NCBI GenBank assembly: GCA_963674945.2
Contig: CAXXWQ010000003.1
Location: forward strand, 2,496,001 to 2,560,000
Source of the DNA: an uncultured Desulfosarcina sp.
GTDB taxonomy: Bacteria > Desulfobacterota > Desulfobacteria > Desulfobacterales > Desulfosarcinaceae
Reading direction: 5' to 3'
Length of the DNA stretch: 64,000 nt
Both the position numbers and the translations under genes were made by a program. Shown piece by piece: positions 10,357 through 19,080 of the stretch; the stretch's first letter is position 1; every line of letters begins with the position of its first letter. Below the pieces are notes generated by a model, which did not search any database, was not told the DNA's origin, and saw only the letters and a list, made by a program, of their open reading frames with translations.

Positions 10357-11730
10357 ATGTTTACCGATATGGAAATTCTATCCGTCGTGGAGATGCTGAA
10401 AAATGAACACCTGGACGTTCGAACCGTAACCTTGGGTATCAACCTGCTGGAGTGCGCCAGCGACGATATCGAACGTTTCGTCGGCAACATCTATGGCCGC
10501 ATCTCGAAAACGGCCCAGAATCTGGTTCAGATCTGCGACGAAGTGGGAGACAAGTACGGGATACCGGTGGTGAACAAACGCATATCGGTCAGTCCCATCG
10601 CGGTGGTCGCAGCACCGTTTGATGCGGGTGGCATGCTGCGGGTCGCCCGGGCCATGAACGATGCGGCAATGGCTGCAAAAGTGGATTTTATCGGTGGCTT
10701 TTCGGCTCTCGTGGAAAAAGGCATCGCCAGGGGCGATCGGGCATTGATCGAGGCGCTCCCGCAGGCGCTGACCGATACCCAATGCGTCTGTGCATCCATC
10801 AATGTCGCATCCACCCGGGCCGGTATCAACATGGATGGGGTCCTGCTCATGGGAAAAACCCTAAAAGAGGCAGCCCGTCTCTCTGCGGATCGAGGGGGGC
10901 TTTCCTGTGCAAAGCTTTGCGTGTTTGCAAACATTCCCCAGGACATCCCCTTCATGGCCGGCGCTTATCTCGGGGTCGGCGAAGCCGACGCGGTAATCAA
11001 TGTGGGGGTCAGCGGCCCCGGGGTGGTGAAAAAGGCCATCGACCGTGCGTTGTCTGCAAAACCAGAGCTCAACCTGGGAGAACTCAGTGAAATTATCAAA
11101 CGCACCGCCTACAAGGTCACCCGCATCGGCGAACTGATCGGTCGTGAAGTAGCCCAGCAGTTGGGCATCGGTTTTGGAGTGGTGGATCTATCCCTGGCCC
11201 CGACCCCCAATGTGGGTGACAGTGTGGGAGAAATCTTTCAGAGTCTGGGCTTATCCGATATCGGAGTGCCGGGAAGTACTGCTGCCCTCGCCCTTTTGAA
11301 TGATGCCGTCAAAAAAGGAGGTGCATTTGCCAGTTCCAAGGTGGGCGGGCTGAGCGGTGCCTTTATCCCGGTCAGTGAAGATCTCAACATCTCCCAGGCA
11401 GTGGCCGATGGGCGGCTCTCCATAGAAAAACTGGAGGCCATGACAAGCGTCTGTTCGGTCGGTCTGGACATGGTGGCGATTCCAGGTGATACCAGTGCCG
11501 AGACGCTTTCCGCCATCATCGCCGACGAAATGGCCATTGGCGTCATCAATAAGAAAACCACCGCCGCCCGCCTGATCCCCGTTCCCGGAAAAAAAGCCGG
11601 CGAACGCGTCTATTTCGGAGGATTGTTGGGCGAATCTGTTATTATGCCGGTGAACAACGGCGAGGGCGAAAACCGGCTCATTCGTCGCGGCGGTATTGTT
11701 CCATCGCCCATTCACAGCCTTGTCAACTGA
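10357..11730 (+). CDS. PFL-like family protein (UPF0210/DUF711)
   Basis: LDVRTVTLGINL, NKRISVSP, VINVGVSGPGVV, GGLSGAFIPVSED, CSVGLDM. The family is typically paired with an ACT protein. Confidence 0.92.
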   Translation: MFTDMEILSVVEMLKNEHLDVRTVTLGINLLECASDDIERFVGNIYGRISKTAQNLVQICDEVGDKYGIPVVNKRISVSPIAVVAAPFDAGGMLRVARAMNDAAMAAKVDFIGGFSALVEKGIARGDRALIEALPQALTDTQCVCASINVASTRAGINMDGVLLMGKTLKEAARLSADRGGLSCAKLCVFANIPQDIPFMAGAYLGVGEADAVINVGVSGPGVVKKAIDRALSAKPELNLGELSEIIKRTAYKVTRIGELIGREVAQQLGIGFGVVDLSLAPTPNVGDSVGEIFQSLGLSDIGVPGSTAALALLNDAVKKGGAFASSKVGGLSGAFIPVSEDLNISQAVADGRLSIEKLEAMTSVCSVGLDMVAIPGDTSAETLSAIIADEMAIGVINKKTTAARLIPVPGKKAGERVYFGGLLGESVIMPVNNGEGENRLIRRGGIVPSPIHSLVN

Positions 11731-12037
11731 TCCTGCATGGACTCGTTCGTCGGAAATATGACAAGTTACCCACGTATTTCCACGACTTTCTTGTACCCCA
11801 TCTCCATGTCCAGGGTATCTTGAGTCCGATCTGCGATCCGTGGTATAAAATCCCTATCGGCATCTGAAACGATCATCAACGCGCCCTTCTCATCATCCGC
11901 AGAGAGGATGGATGCAGCGAATACAGACACGTACCAAACCCATCGCTGCACCAATTGCGAAAAACGCCTTTTGCCCTTCTTTACACCCGTGAATCGCCCA
12001 TCGCCGTCTCCTGTTCTCCAACTGCGAAGGAGCATCT

Positions 12038-13804
12038 ATGCATCAACAAAAAATCAGCTCGCCGACGGGCCATCGAAAAAATCCGGCGGTTCGGGTGGGA
12101 GAGATCCTCGTCGCCGAAGGGCTGGTCAGCCAGGAACAAGTGGACCAGGCAGTGGCGATCCAAAAAAAAGATCGCAGCAAGAAAATCGGCACGTTGTTGA
12201 TCGAACAAGGGCTGGTCACAGAGTCGCAGATTCTTTCGGCACTCTCCACAAAGTTTCGCATGATTTTTTTGGAGCGCAACGACCTCGTTCCTGAAAAACA
12301 GGCCCTCACCGCCTTGCCGACGGATCTGGTACATCGCCTTGAGATACTGCCGCTGCGCATTCGAAACGATCGTATCGTCGTCGTGACATCCAAGCCCACC
12401 GATCATTCGATCAACGACATCTTGCGGTTTTCCACGAATCGCCAAATTGAGCTTGCAGTCGCTACGTCCAGAGACATCTCGTGGGCCATTCAAAAATTCC
12501 TTCCGTCTGATTTTGATCACCTATCCAAAATTATCGATCAGATGGGGGAAGACGACGTCTCCGTCAAGGAAGAGCATGAAGTCGAAGAGACACGTTATGA
12601 TGAAACCGATTCCAACATTATTATGCTGGTCAATAAAATTCTCATCGAGGGATATCAAAAAGGCGCCTCGGACATCCACTTTGAACCCGGTATCCAACGG
12701 CGTCCACTCATCATCCGGTACCGGATCGACGGTATCTGCAGCGAGGTTCATCGGATTCCGGTAGGATACAAAAACGCCGTCGTGAGTCGGATTAAAATTC
12801 TTTCCAACCTGGATATTGCCGAACACCGACGTCCCCAAAGCGGAAAAATATTTTTAAAATACAAAAAACAGGACATCGAATATCGGGTGGAAATAACACC
12901 CACCGTTGGCGGCAATGAGGATGCCGTCCTTCGGGTACTCTCCTCGGCCCGACCGATTCCTTTGACGGAAATGGGATTTTCACCCGAGAATCTGTCTCAA
13001 TTTTCAAGCCTTTTGACCAAACCCCATGGTATTATCTTATGCGTGGGCCCAACCGGATCGGGAAAAACGACGACCTTGCACTCCGGACTTCGACGGATCA
13101 ATACCAAGGAGAGAAAGATCTGGACCGTTGAAGATCCGGTGGAGATTACCCAAGAAGGACTTCGTCAGGTACAGGTGCAGCCGAAAATCGGATTTACCTT
13201 TCAAGAGGCGCTGCGCTCGTTTTTGAGAGCCGATCCGGACGTGATCATGGTGGGGGAAATGCGAGATACGGAAACGGCCAAGATTGCCGTGAACGCAGCC
13301 CTCACCGGGCATCTGGTCCTTAGCACCCTACATACCAATTCCGCCCCCGAAACCGTCATTCGACTCATGGAAATGGAGGTCGATCCCCTGCATTTTTCCG
13401 ATGCCCTTCTGGGTGTACTGGCCCAACGGTTGACCTTGCGTCTTTGTGACGCGTGCAAAACCGCCTATACGCCCGATACGGATGAATATCTCAATTTTGT
13501 TCGAAGCTATGGGGAGTCCTACTTCAAACTGGATAAACTCCCTGAATTGACATCGAATCTGACGCTCATGAAAAGCGTGGGGTGCAAACGATGCAACTAC
13601 AGCGGATATAAGGGACGCATTGCCATCCATGAGTTGCTGCTCGGAACGAAGACCATCAAACTGGCCGTCAAAGAAAGGCGCAGTGTCGAAGAACTCACTG
13701 CCCTGGCTTTGGATGAGGGGATGCGAACCCTTAAAATGGACGGGATCAAGAAGATATTTCAGGGGATTACCGATTTCGATCAGATTCTGAAGGTTTGCCA
13801 ATGA
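12038..13804 (+). CDS. GspE/PilB-family secretion/pilus ATPase with N-terminal MshEN domain
   Basis: ASDIHFEP, GPTGSGKTTTL, TVEDPVE, LRADPDVIMVGEMRD, TGHLVLSTLHTN, zinc-binding Cys motifs, GYKGR. Confidence 0.93.
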   Translation: MHQQKISSPTGHRKNPAVRVGEILVAEGLVSQEQVDQAVAIQKKDRSKKIGTLLIEQGLVTESQILSALSTKFRMIFLERNDLVPEKQALTALPTDLVHRLEILPLRIRNDRIVVVTSKPTDHSINDILRFSTNRQIELAVATSRDISWAIQKFLPSDFDHLSKIIDQMGEDDVSVKEEHEVEETRYDETDSNIIMLVNKILIEGYQKGASDIHFEPGIQRRPLIIRYRIDGICSEVHRIPVGYKNAVVSRIKILSNLDIAEHRRPQSGKIFLKYKKQDIEYRVEITPTVGGNEDAVLRVLSSARPIPLTEMGFSPENLSQFSSLLTKPHGIILCVGPTGSGKTTTLHSGLRRINTKERKIWTVEDPVEITQEGLRQVQVQPKIGFTFQEALRSFLRADPDVIMVGEMRDTETAKIAVNAALTGHLVLSTLHTNSAPETVIRLMEMEVDPLHFSDALLGVLAQRLTLRLCDACKTAYTPDTDEYLNFVRSYGESYFKLDKLPELTSNLTLMKSVGCKRCNYSGYKGRIAIHELLLGTKTIKLAVKERRSVEELTALALDEGMRTLKMDGIKKIFQGITDFDQILKVCQ

Positions 13805-13821
13805 TACGAAGACCCTGAATC

Positions 13822-14874
13822 TTATTTGCTCCAGGAAAAAAGTATCGCCCCAACCGTTAAAAAGACGATCGTCATCAGACAGACAATGGTCATTTCCGGC
13901 ATGACCGCGAGGATCCCCTGTCCTTCGTTCATCACTTTGCGTGCCGCGGAGAGAATGTGGGTAAGGGGAAGCGCCTGGGCCATGGCCCGTAGCCAAACCG
14001 GCGCACCTTCAATGGAAAACCAGACCTCGGACAGAAACATCATGGGCCAGCAGATGAAGTTGAGCACCCCGTTGGCAAACTCTTCGCTGGTTCCTCTGGA
14101 GGCAATCACCAGGCCAAGGGCCGTCATGCAGATGCTGCCAACGAAAAAAACGAAAAACAGACTGACGAGACTTCCATACACCGTAAAATCGATGATCAGA
14201 TCGCACCCCACCCAGACCAGAACCAGAGTGAACATGAGGAGGAAGATCCGGGAGAGCAGTTGGGCGGTGAGGTACTCGAATGCGGTCAAAGGTGTGGCCT
14301 TGAGCCGTTTCAAGACACCGTTTTTACGGTAACGGACCACGACCCAACCCACGCCGTAAAGGGCGCTGAACATCATGTTCATGCCCAAAATACCGGGGAA
14401 AAGCCAGTCGATGTACCGGATCGGCGCCCCCCTGATATTCATTTTCTCGAATTTGCTGCCGACGCCCTTTGTTGCCAGGGCTCCGGTCAACAGCCGTTCG
14501 ACGATGGCCCCCTGGGGTGAGGAATCGCTCACCCAATATCGTACCGGCCGGCTGCCCGCCTCGATGAGCAAGTCGATCTTGTGGTGTTTGAGTTTTATCA
14601 TTGCCGCGTCCTGATTTTCAAACCCCAAAAAAGTGATGGCGCCAAAGCCGGAAAACGTATCGGGCAAGTCCTCGATGGACTGGTTCACCGGTATGGGTGG
14701 CGATACGGGAAAGACTCCGACCTTGAACTTGGATTGAAAGTCGCCTTTGAAGATCACGGCGAATCCGAGAATCAGCAAAAAAGGAAAGAGAAAATTCCAA
14801 CCGAATGCCGCCCGATCCCGGAAGAACTCATGGTTTCTCGCCGTGAAAATCGCCCACATTCTCGTAACTCGCAT
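13822..14874 (-). CDS. ABC-2 type exporter permease
   Basis: N-terminal TM, YIDWLFPGILGM, GVLKRLKATP, several C-terminal TMs. Confidence 0.88.
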   Translation of the reverse strand: MRVTRMWAIFTARNHEFFRDRAAFGWNFLFPFLLILGFAVIFKGDFQSKFKVGVFPVSPPIPVNQSIEDLPDTFSGFGAITFLGFENQDAAMIKLKHHKIDLLIEAGSRPVRYWVSDSSPQGAIVERLLTGALATKGVGSKFEKMNIRGAPIRYIDWLFPGILGMNMMFSALYGVGWVVVRYRKNGVLKRLKATPLTAFEYLTAQLLSRIFLLMFTLVLVWVGCDLIIDFTVYGSLVSLFFVFFVGSICMTALGLVIASRGTSEEFANGVLNFICWPMMFLSEVWFSIEGAPVWLRAMAQALPLTHILSAARKVMNEGQGILAVMPEMTIVCLMTIVFLTVGAILFSWSK

Positions 14875-14887
14875 GAATGCCTCCCGA

Positions 14888-15790
14888 TCACTCCCGCAGG
14901 CTTCGCCCTGTCAGCTGTAAAAACACATCCTCCAGGGTGGGTGTCTTCACGTTCATACCGTGCATGTCCACACCATGGGACAAGAGTTTTTCGATAACCC
15001 CGTTTACATCCCGGGTTTGAAATTCCACTTGCCCGTCTCTTTCTTTAACGTTGCCGTGAAAGCCTTCGAGCCCATCGGGCAGATCTTTCCTCGGAACCGA
15101 CAATGTGGCCAGTTTGCAATGAGTGGATATCAGTTCTTTGGGAGAGCCGCGGGCGATGATCCTTCCTTTGTCCATGATGGCGATGTCGTCGCACAGTTTT
15201 TCCGCCTCTTCCATGTAATGGGTGGTGAGCACGATGGTGCGTCCCTGGGACTTGACGTCCTTGATGATCCCCCAAAGATTTTGCCTGGCCTGTGGGTCCA
15301 GACCGGTGGACGGTTCGTCGAGAAAAACAAGTTCCGGTCGGTTTAACAGCGCCAGTGCCAACAGAAGCCGTTGCTTCTGTCCCCCGGATATTTTATCGTT
15401 GGCCCGTTTTTTTACCTCACCCAAGTGGCATAATCGAATCAAATGCTGAACTTCATCGACATGTTCGTAAAGCCGGGAGAACGTTTTCAACGTCTCCTCT
15501 ACGGTTAAAAAGGAGAGAAGGGCCGTTTGCTGGAACATGATGCCCACTTCCTGGCGGAATCTGGACGCACGCGGTGCACCCTTGTATCGGATCGACCCTG
15601 CAGACGGTTGGATGATGTCCTCGATGATTTCGATCAATGTGGTTTTGCCTGCACCATTTGGCCCCAGCAAGCCGAAACAGGTCCCTTTGCCTATGGAAAG
15701 ACTGACGCCGTCCACCGCATGGACCTGTTTGTAGCGTTTATGGACGTCCATGACCTCGATGAGCGGATCGCAGTTACCCCCAGAATGCAT
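14888..15790 (-). CDS. ABC transporter ATP-binding protein
   Basis: GPNGAGKTT, ISGGQKQR, FLDEPSTGLD, TTHYMEEA. Confidence 0.95.
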   Translation of the reverse strand: MHSGGNCDPLIEVMDVHKRYKQVHAVDGVSLSIGKGTCFGLLGPNGAGKTTLIEIIEDIIQPSAGSIRYKGAPRASRFRQEVGIMFQQTALLSFLTVEETLKTFSRLYEHVDEVQHLIRLCHLGEVKKRANDKISGGQKQRLLLALALLNRPELVFLDEPSTGLDPQARQNLWGIIKDVKSQGRTIVLTTHYMEEAEKLCDDIAIMDKGRIIARGSPKELISTHCKLATLSVPRKDLPDGLEGFHGNVKERDGQVEFQTRDVNGVIEKLLSHGVDMHGMNVKTPTLEDVFLQLTGRSLRE

Positions 15791-15859
15791 GGTGTTCTTT
15801 CCGGTATTTTGTTTTATTCAGAATATCAATAATAAAAAGGAGTTGTCACTTCTTGACGG

Positions 15860-15888
15860 TTGACAGTACAAGAAGGGTCTTTTATAGT
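15860..15888 (+). promoter_or_regulatory. sigma70 promoter toward the K+ channel gene
   Basis: TTGACA (15860-65), 17-bp spacer, TATAGT (15883-88). Confidence 0.7.
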
Positions 15889-15909
15889 CTCAAAGTCGAT
15901 CCAAGTCAA
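15881..15909 (-). promoter_or_regulatory. sigma70 promoter toward the ABC exporter operon
   Basis: Minus strand TTGACT (15909-04), 17-bp spacer, TATAAA (15886-81). Confidence 0.6.
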
Positions 15910-15997
15910 CGACTGCCCGTAAAACCGGCTGGCAGCCGCATTTGGACTTGGCTGTGTCAGAATTGAGGTCTATTTTTATTACTCTGCAGGGTTGAAA

Positions 15998-16121
15998 ATG
16001 ATGGACGAAGGATGCCGAAAAAGGGACGATGAGAAACCATTCCTCTTTTCATCCCCCTTCCATCGTCCTTCGTCCCTCACTTGGCCCCTATGAATAGCAG
16101 ATCCGAAATGCGATTACCCTG
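15998..16121. repeat. Dispersed intergenic repeat family C, copy 1
   Basis: ATGATGGACGAAGGA is identical to 49236-49250. Inverted GGACGA/TCGTCC arms. 16100-16120 matches the reverse complement of 49168-49188 at 17/21. Confidence 0.6.
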
Positions 16122-16195
16122 GCAAGATGGGTGGCCCGGGCATCCAATGACGTGACAATATCCGATCAATTTTTCCTGCGGGCCGCGAAACGACC

Positions 16196-17194
16196 ATGGA
16201 ACGAAAAACCCAGTTGTTATTATCCATCCTTCTCTCCATCGTATTGGGATTGGTCGGCACGGTCGGTTACATGCTCATCGAGGGATGGGCGTTTGGCGAT
16301 GCATTGTACATGACCATTATCACTCTGGCCACCGTCGGATACGGTGAGGTTCACCAGGTCAGCGCCGGGGGCCGGATCTTCACCATCGCCCTCATCGTTT
16401 CGGGGGTCGGTTGTTTCATGTACGTGGCTGTTCTCATCGTACAATTTGTGGTGGAAGATCGAATACGAACGATTCTCGGGAGAAGAAAATTGGACAAACA
16501 GATCTCCAAGCTACGGTCCCATTACATCATCTGCGGATATGGACGAATCGGCCGTGTGTTGGCCCGTTATCTTACGGAACGGTACCTGGATGTCGTAATC
16601 ATCGAAAAAAATCCTGACCGTCGGGAAACCATGGATGAAGATGGCGTACTCTACCTCGTCGGGGAAGCAACAGATGAGAACCTTTTGATCAAGGCCGGTA
16701 TCGAGAGGGCAAAGGGACTGGTCACCGCAGTGGCCTCAGATGCGGACAATGTCTTTTTGACATTGATCGCCAAACAGCTCAATTCCGATCTGTTCATCGT
16801 TGCCCGGGCCATTCAGAACACCGCCAAACGAACCCTTCAGGCGGCAGGCGCCGGAAAAGTCATCTCTCCCTACGACCTGGGAGCCCGCCGCATGGCACAT
16901 GCCATATTGCGCCCCACCGTAATCAAGTTTCTCGAACTTGCCTTCACCGACGAGAGCACGGATATCGTGATGGAGGAACTGACGGCTCGTTCCACCTCCT
17001 CCTTGATCGGCGTTCCACTAAAGGAATCGGGTATCCGCCAGAATCTGGACCTGATCATCCTGACGATTCAAAAGGCGGATAATACCCTTCTCTTCAATCC
17101 CAAAGCCGACACCCGCATCGAACTCAACGACACCCTGGTGGTTGTCGGTCAGGCCAAAAGCGTCCTTCGACTGGAACGAATGTTACGCCAATAA
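16196..17194 (+). CDS. Potassium channel protein (2-TM pore + RCK/TrkA-N and TrkA-C)
   Basis: Selectivity filter TVGYG, Rossmann motif ICGYGRIG, C-terminal RCK_C domain. Confidence 0.93.
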   Translation: MERKTQLLLSILLSIVLGLVGTVGYMLIEGWAFGDALYMTIITLATVGYGEVHQVSAGGRIFTIALIVSGVGCFMYVAVLIVQFVVEDRIRTILGRRKLDKQISKLRSHYIICGYGRIGRVLARYLTERYLDVVIIEKNPDRRETMDEDGVLYLVGEATDENLLIKAGIERAKGLVTAVASDADNVFLTLIAKQLNSDLFIVARAIQNTAKRTLQAAGAGKVISPYDLGARRMAHAILRPTVIKFLELAFTDESTDIVMEELTARSTSSLIGVPLKESGIRQNLDLIILTIQKADNTLLFNPKADTRIELNDTLVVVGQAKSVLRLERMLRQ

Positions 17195-17209
17195 ATATCG
17201 GAGGTAGAA

Positions 17210-18148
17210 ATGACAAATCACCGTCCCGCATATATCGGTGCGTTGAAAGACGGGACACTGAAAAAGAGAGTGGCGCAGGCCCTGTCATCCCTGGATCATT
17301 GCACGTTATGCCCCAGAAAATGCGGTGTCGATCGAAATGCGGATGAGACCGGGGTGTGCAACACCGGTCGACTGGCCCTGGTAGCCTCCCATGGCCCTCA
17401 CTTCGGAGAGGAACAGCCCCTTGTGGGCAAAAGCGGTTCCGGGACCATCTTCTTCACCCATTGCAATCTGCGTTGTCTTTTCTGCCAGAACTATTCCATC
17501 AGCCACCAGGGTGAGGGTCTGGAAGTTGACGACGAGCAGTTGGCGTCGATCATGCTCGACCTTGCGAAGAAAGGTTGCCACAACATCAATTTTGTCACCC
17601 CCAGTCACGTGGTCCCGCAGATTCTCTCAGCCCTTTATCTGGCCGCACAAAAAGGGCTGTCCGTTCCCCTAGTGTATAACAGCGGCGGGTATGATGACGT
17701 GGACACCCTTTGTCTGCTGGACGGAATCGTGGACATTTACATGCCCGACTTCAAGTTTTGGGATGGCAACGTGGCCCAGGACACTTGCGATGCGCCCGAC
17801 TACCCGGAAGTGGCGAAAAAAGCCATCGCGGAAATGCATCGCCAGGTGGGCGACTTGATCATCGATGAGAAGAGTCAGTTAGCAATAAAAGGGCTTTTGG
17901 TCCGCCATCTCGTACTTCCCGGTGGACTTTCCGGAACCGCCGCCATCATGAGGTTCCTCGCCGAATCGATTTCCAAAGGCACCTATGTGAATGTGATGGC
18001 ACAATATCGTCCCTGCGGCAGGGCAAAGGAGATCTCGGCGCTCGCCAACGCACTGTCACCTGCAGAATACGACCTTGCCGTTGGGCAAGCCCGGGCGGCA
18101 GGTCTCACTCGTCTGGACAAACCGCGACGTGTATTTGCCTTGTGGTAA
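17210..18148 (+). CDS. Radical SAM protein (PflX-like)
   Basis: CTLCPRKCGV, HFGEE, CNLRCLFCQN (CxxxCxxC), DIYMPDFK, RHLVLP. Confidence 0.9.
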   Translation: MTNHRPAYIGALKDGTLKKRVAQALSSLDHCTLCPRKCGVDRNADETGVCNTGRLALVASHGPHFGEEQPLVGKSGSGTIFFTHCNLRCLFCQNYSISHQGEGLEVDDEQLASIMLDLAKKGCHNINFVTPSHVVPQILSALYLAAQKGLSVPLVYNSGGYDDVDTLCLLDGIVDIYMPDFKFWDGNVAQDTCDAPDYPEVAKKAIAEMHRQVGDLIIDEKSQLAIKGLLVRHLVLPGGLSGTAAIMRFLAESISKGTYVNVMAQYRPCGRAKEISALANALSPAEYDLAVGQARAAGLTRLDKPRRVFALW

Positions 18149-18224
18149 CGGTTTCCGACCAGGAAAAGGAATTTTTGCAAATGCATCGAAGAATTGGTCA
18201 ATTTTACTTATGAAAGCGAGGTTC

Positions 18225-18806
18225 ATGATGAAAAAATGGGTATCCGTGGTGGCTATCGTACTTCTGACATTACCGTGCGCAGTGTTGGCCGGCGAAAAAA
18301 TGCCCATGGTAAAGCTTATTACAACCAAAGGCGATATCGTATTGTCCTTAGACAGCGTAAATGCCCCGAAAACAGTGGAGAACTTTTTCCGTTATGTCAA
18401 AGACGGTCATTATGACGGTACCATTTTCCATCGGGTCATTGCAGGGTTCATGATTCAAGGGGGCGGATTCGACGAACAGATGAACCACAAACCCACCCGG
18501 CCGCCCATCGCCAACGAGGCGGACAATGGCCTTACCAATGAAGTGGGAACCATCGCCATGGCCCGCACCAACGACCCCCATTCCGCCAGTGCCCAATTCT
18601 TCATTAACGTGAAGAAAAACGAATTTCTGAATCACCGTGCCAAAAGCATGAAGGGATGGGGATACTGCGTGTTCGGCAAAGTGGTTTCCGGCATGAATGT
18701 GGTACGCGCCATTGAGAACGAACCCACTACGATTAAAAATGGCATGCGCGATGTTCCCGTAACCCCCGTCGTGATTAAAAAGGCGGAAGTGGTCGACGCA
18801 AAGTAA
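18225..18806 (+). CDS. Cyclophilin-type peptidyl-prolyl cis-trans isomerase with signal peptide
   Basis: Signal peptide MKKWVSVVAIVLL..AVLA, FHRVIAGFMIQGGG, GTIAMART..PHSASAQFFIN, GYCVFGKV. Confidence 0.95.
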   Translation: MMKKWVSVVAIVLLTLPCAVLAGEKMPMVKLITTKGDIVLSLDSVNAPKTVENFFRYVKDGHYDGTIFHRVIAGFMIQGGGFDEQMNHKPTRPPIANEADNGLTNEVGTIAMARTNDPHSASAQFFINVKKNEFLNHRAKSMKGWGYCVFGKVVSGMNVVRAIENEPTTIKNGMRDVPVTPVVIKKAEVVDAK

Positions 18807-18882
18807 GGTAGAATCGCGACCCAGAAAGCCAGGCTTTATGATCCGCTGGAAGTGGGTTCAAAGTGATCGTGGAAAACCATAA

Positions 18883-19014
18883 AAGTCAGAATCCAAAATT
18901 CAGGAGTCAGAATGAATCTGATGTCGCTTCGCTCCATCGATTAAATAAGATGAATCGAGCCAAAGGCGAAGACCTTATTATTCTGAATTCTGACTCCTGG
19001 ATTCTTATAATAAT
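18883..19014. repeat. Dispersed palindromic (REP/MITE-like) family A, copy 1
   Basis: Arms ATTCAGGAGTCAGAAT / ATTCTGACTCCTGGAT around the core GTCGCTTCGCTC..GAGCCAAAGGCGAA. Close copy at 52170-52308. Confidence 0.85.
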
Positions 19015-19080
19015 CTTACGGCAGAGCCAATTATCTGGTTCTGAAGACCATGTTTTCTAAGCAAATTCTGATGTGGCGCG

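Noticed and set aside
11731..12037. Short ORFs between the PFL-like gene and the GspE gene
   Set aside because: No SD or recognisable motifs; treated as intergenic.
18863..19060. 65-aa ORF, and the similar 52150-52380 ORF
   Set aside because: They are read-through of the family A repeat, not genes.
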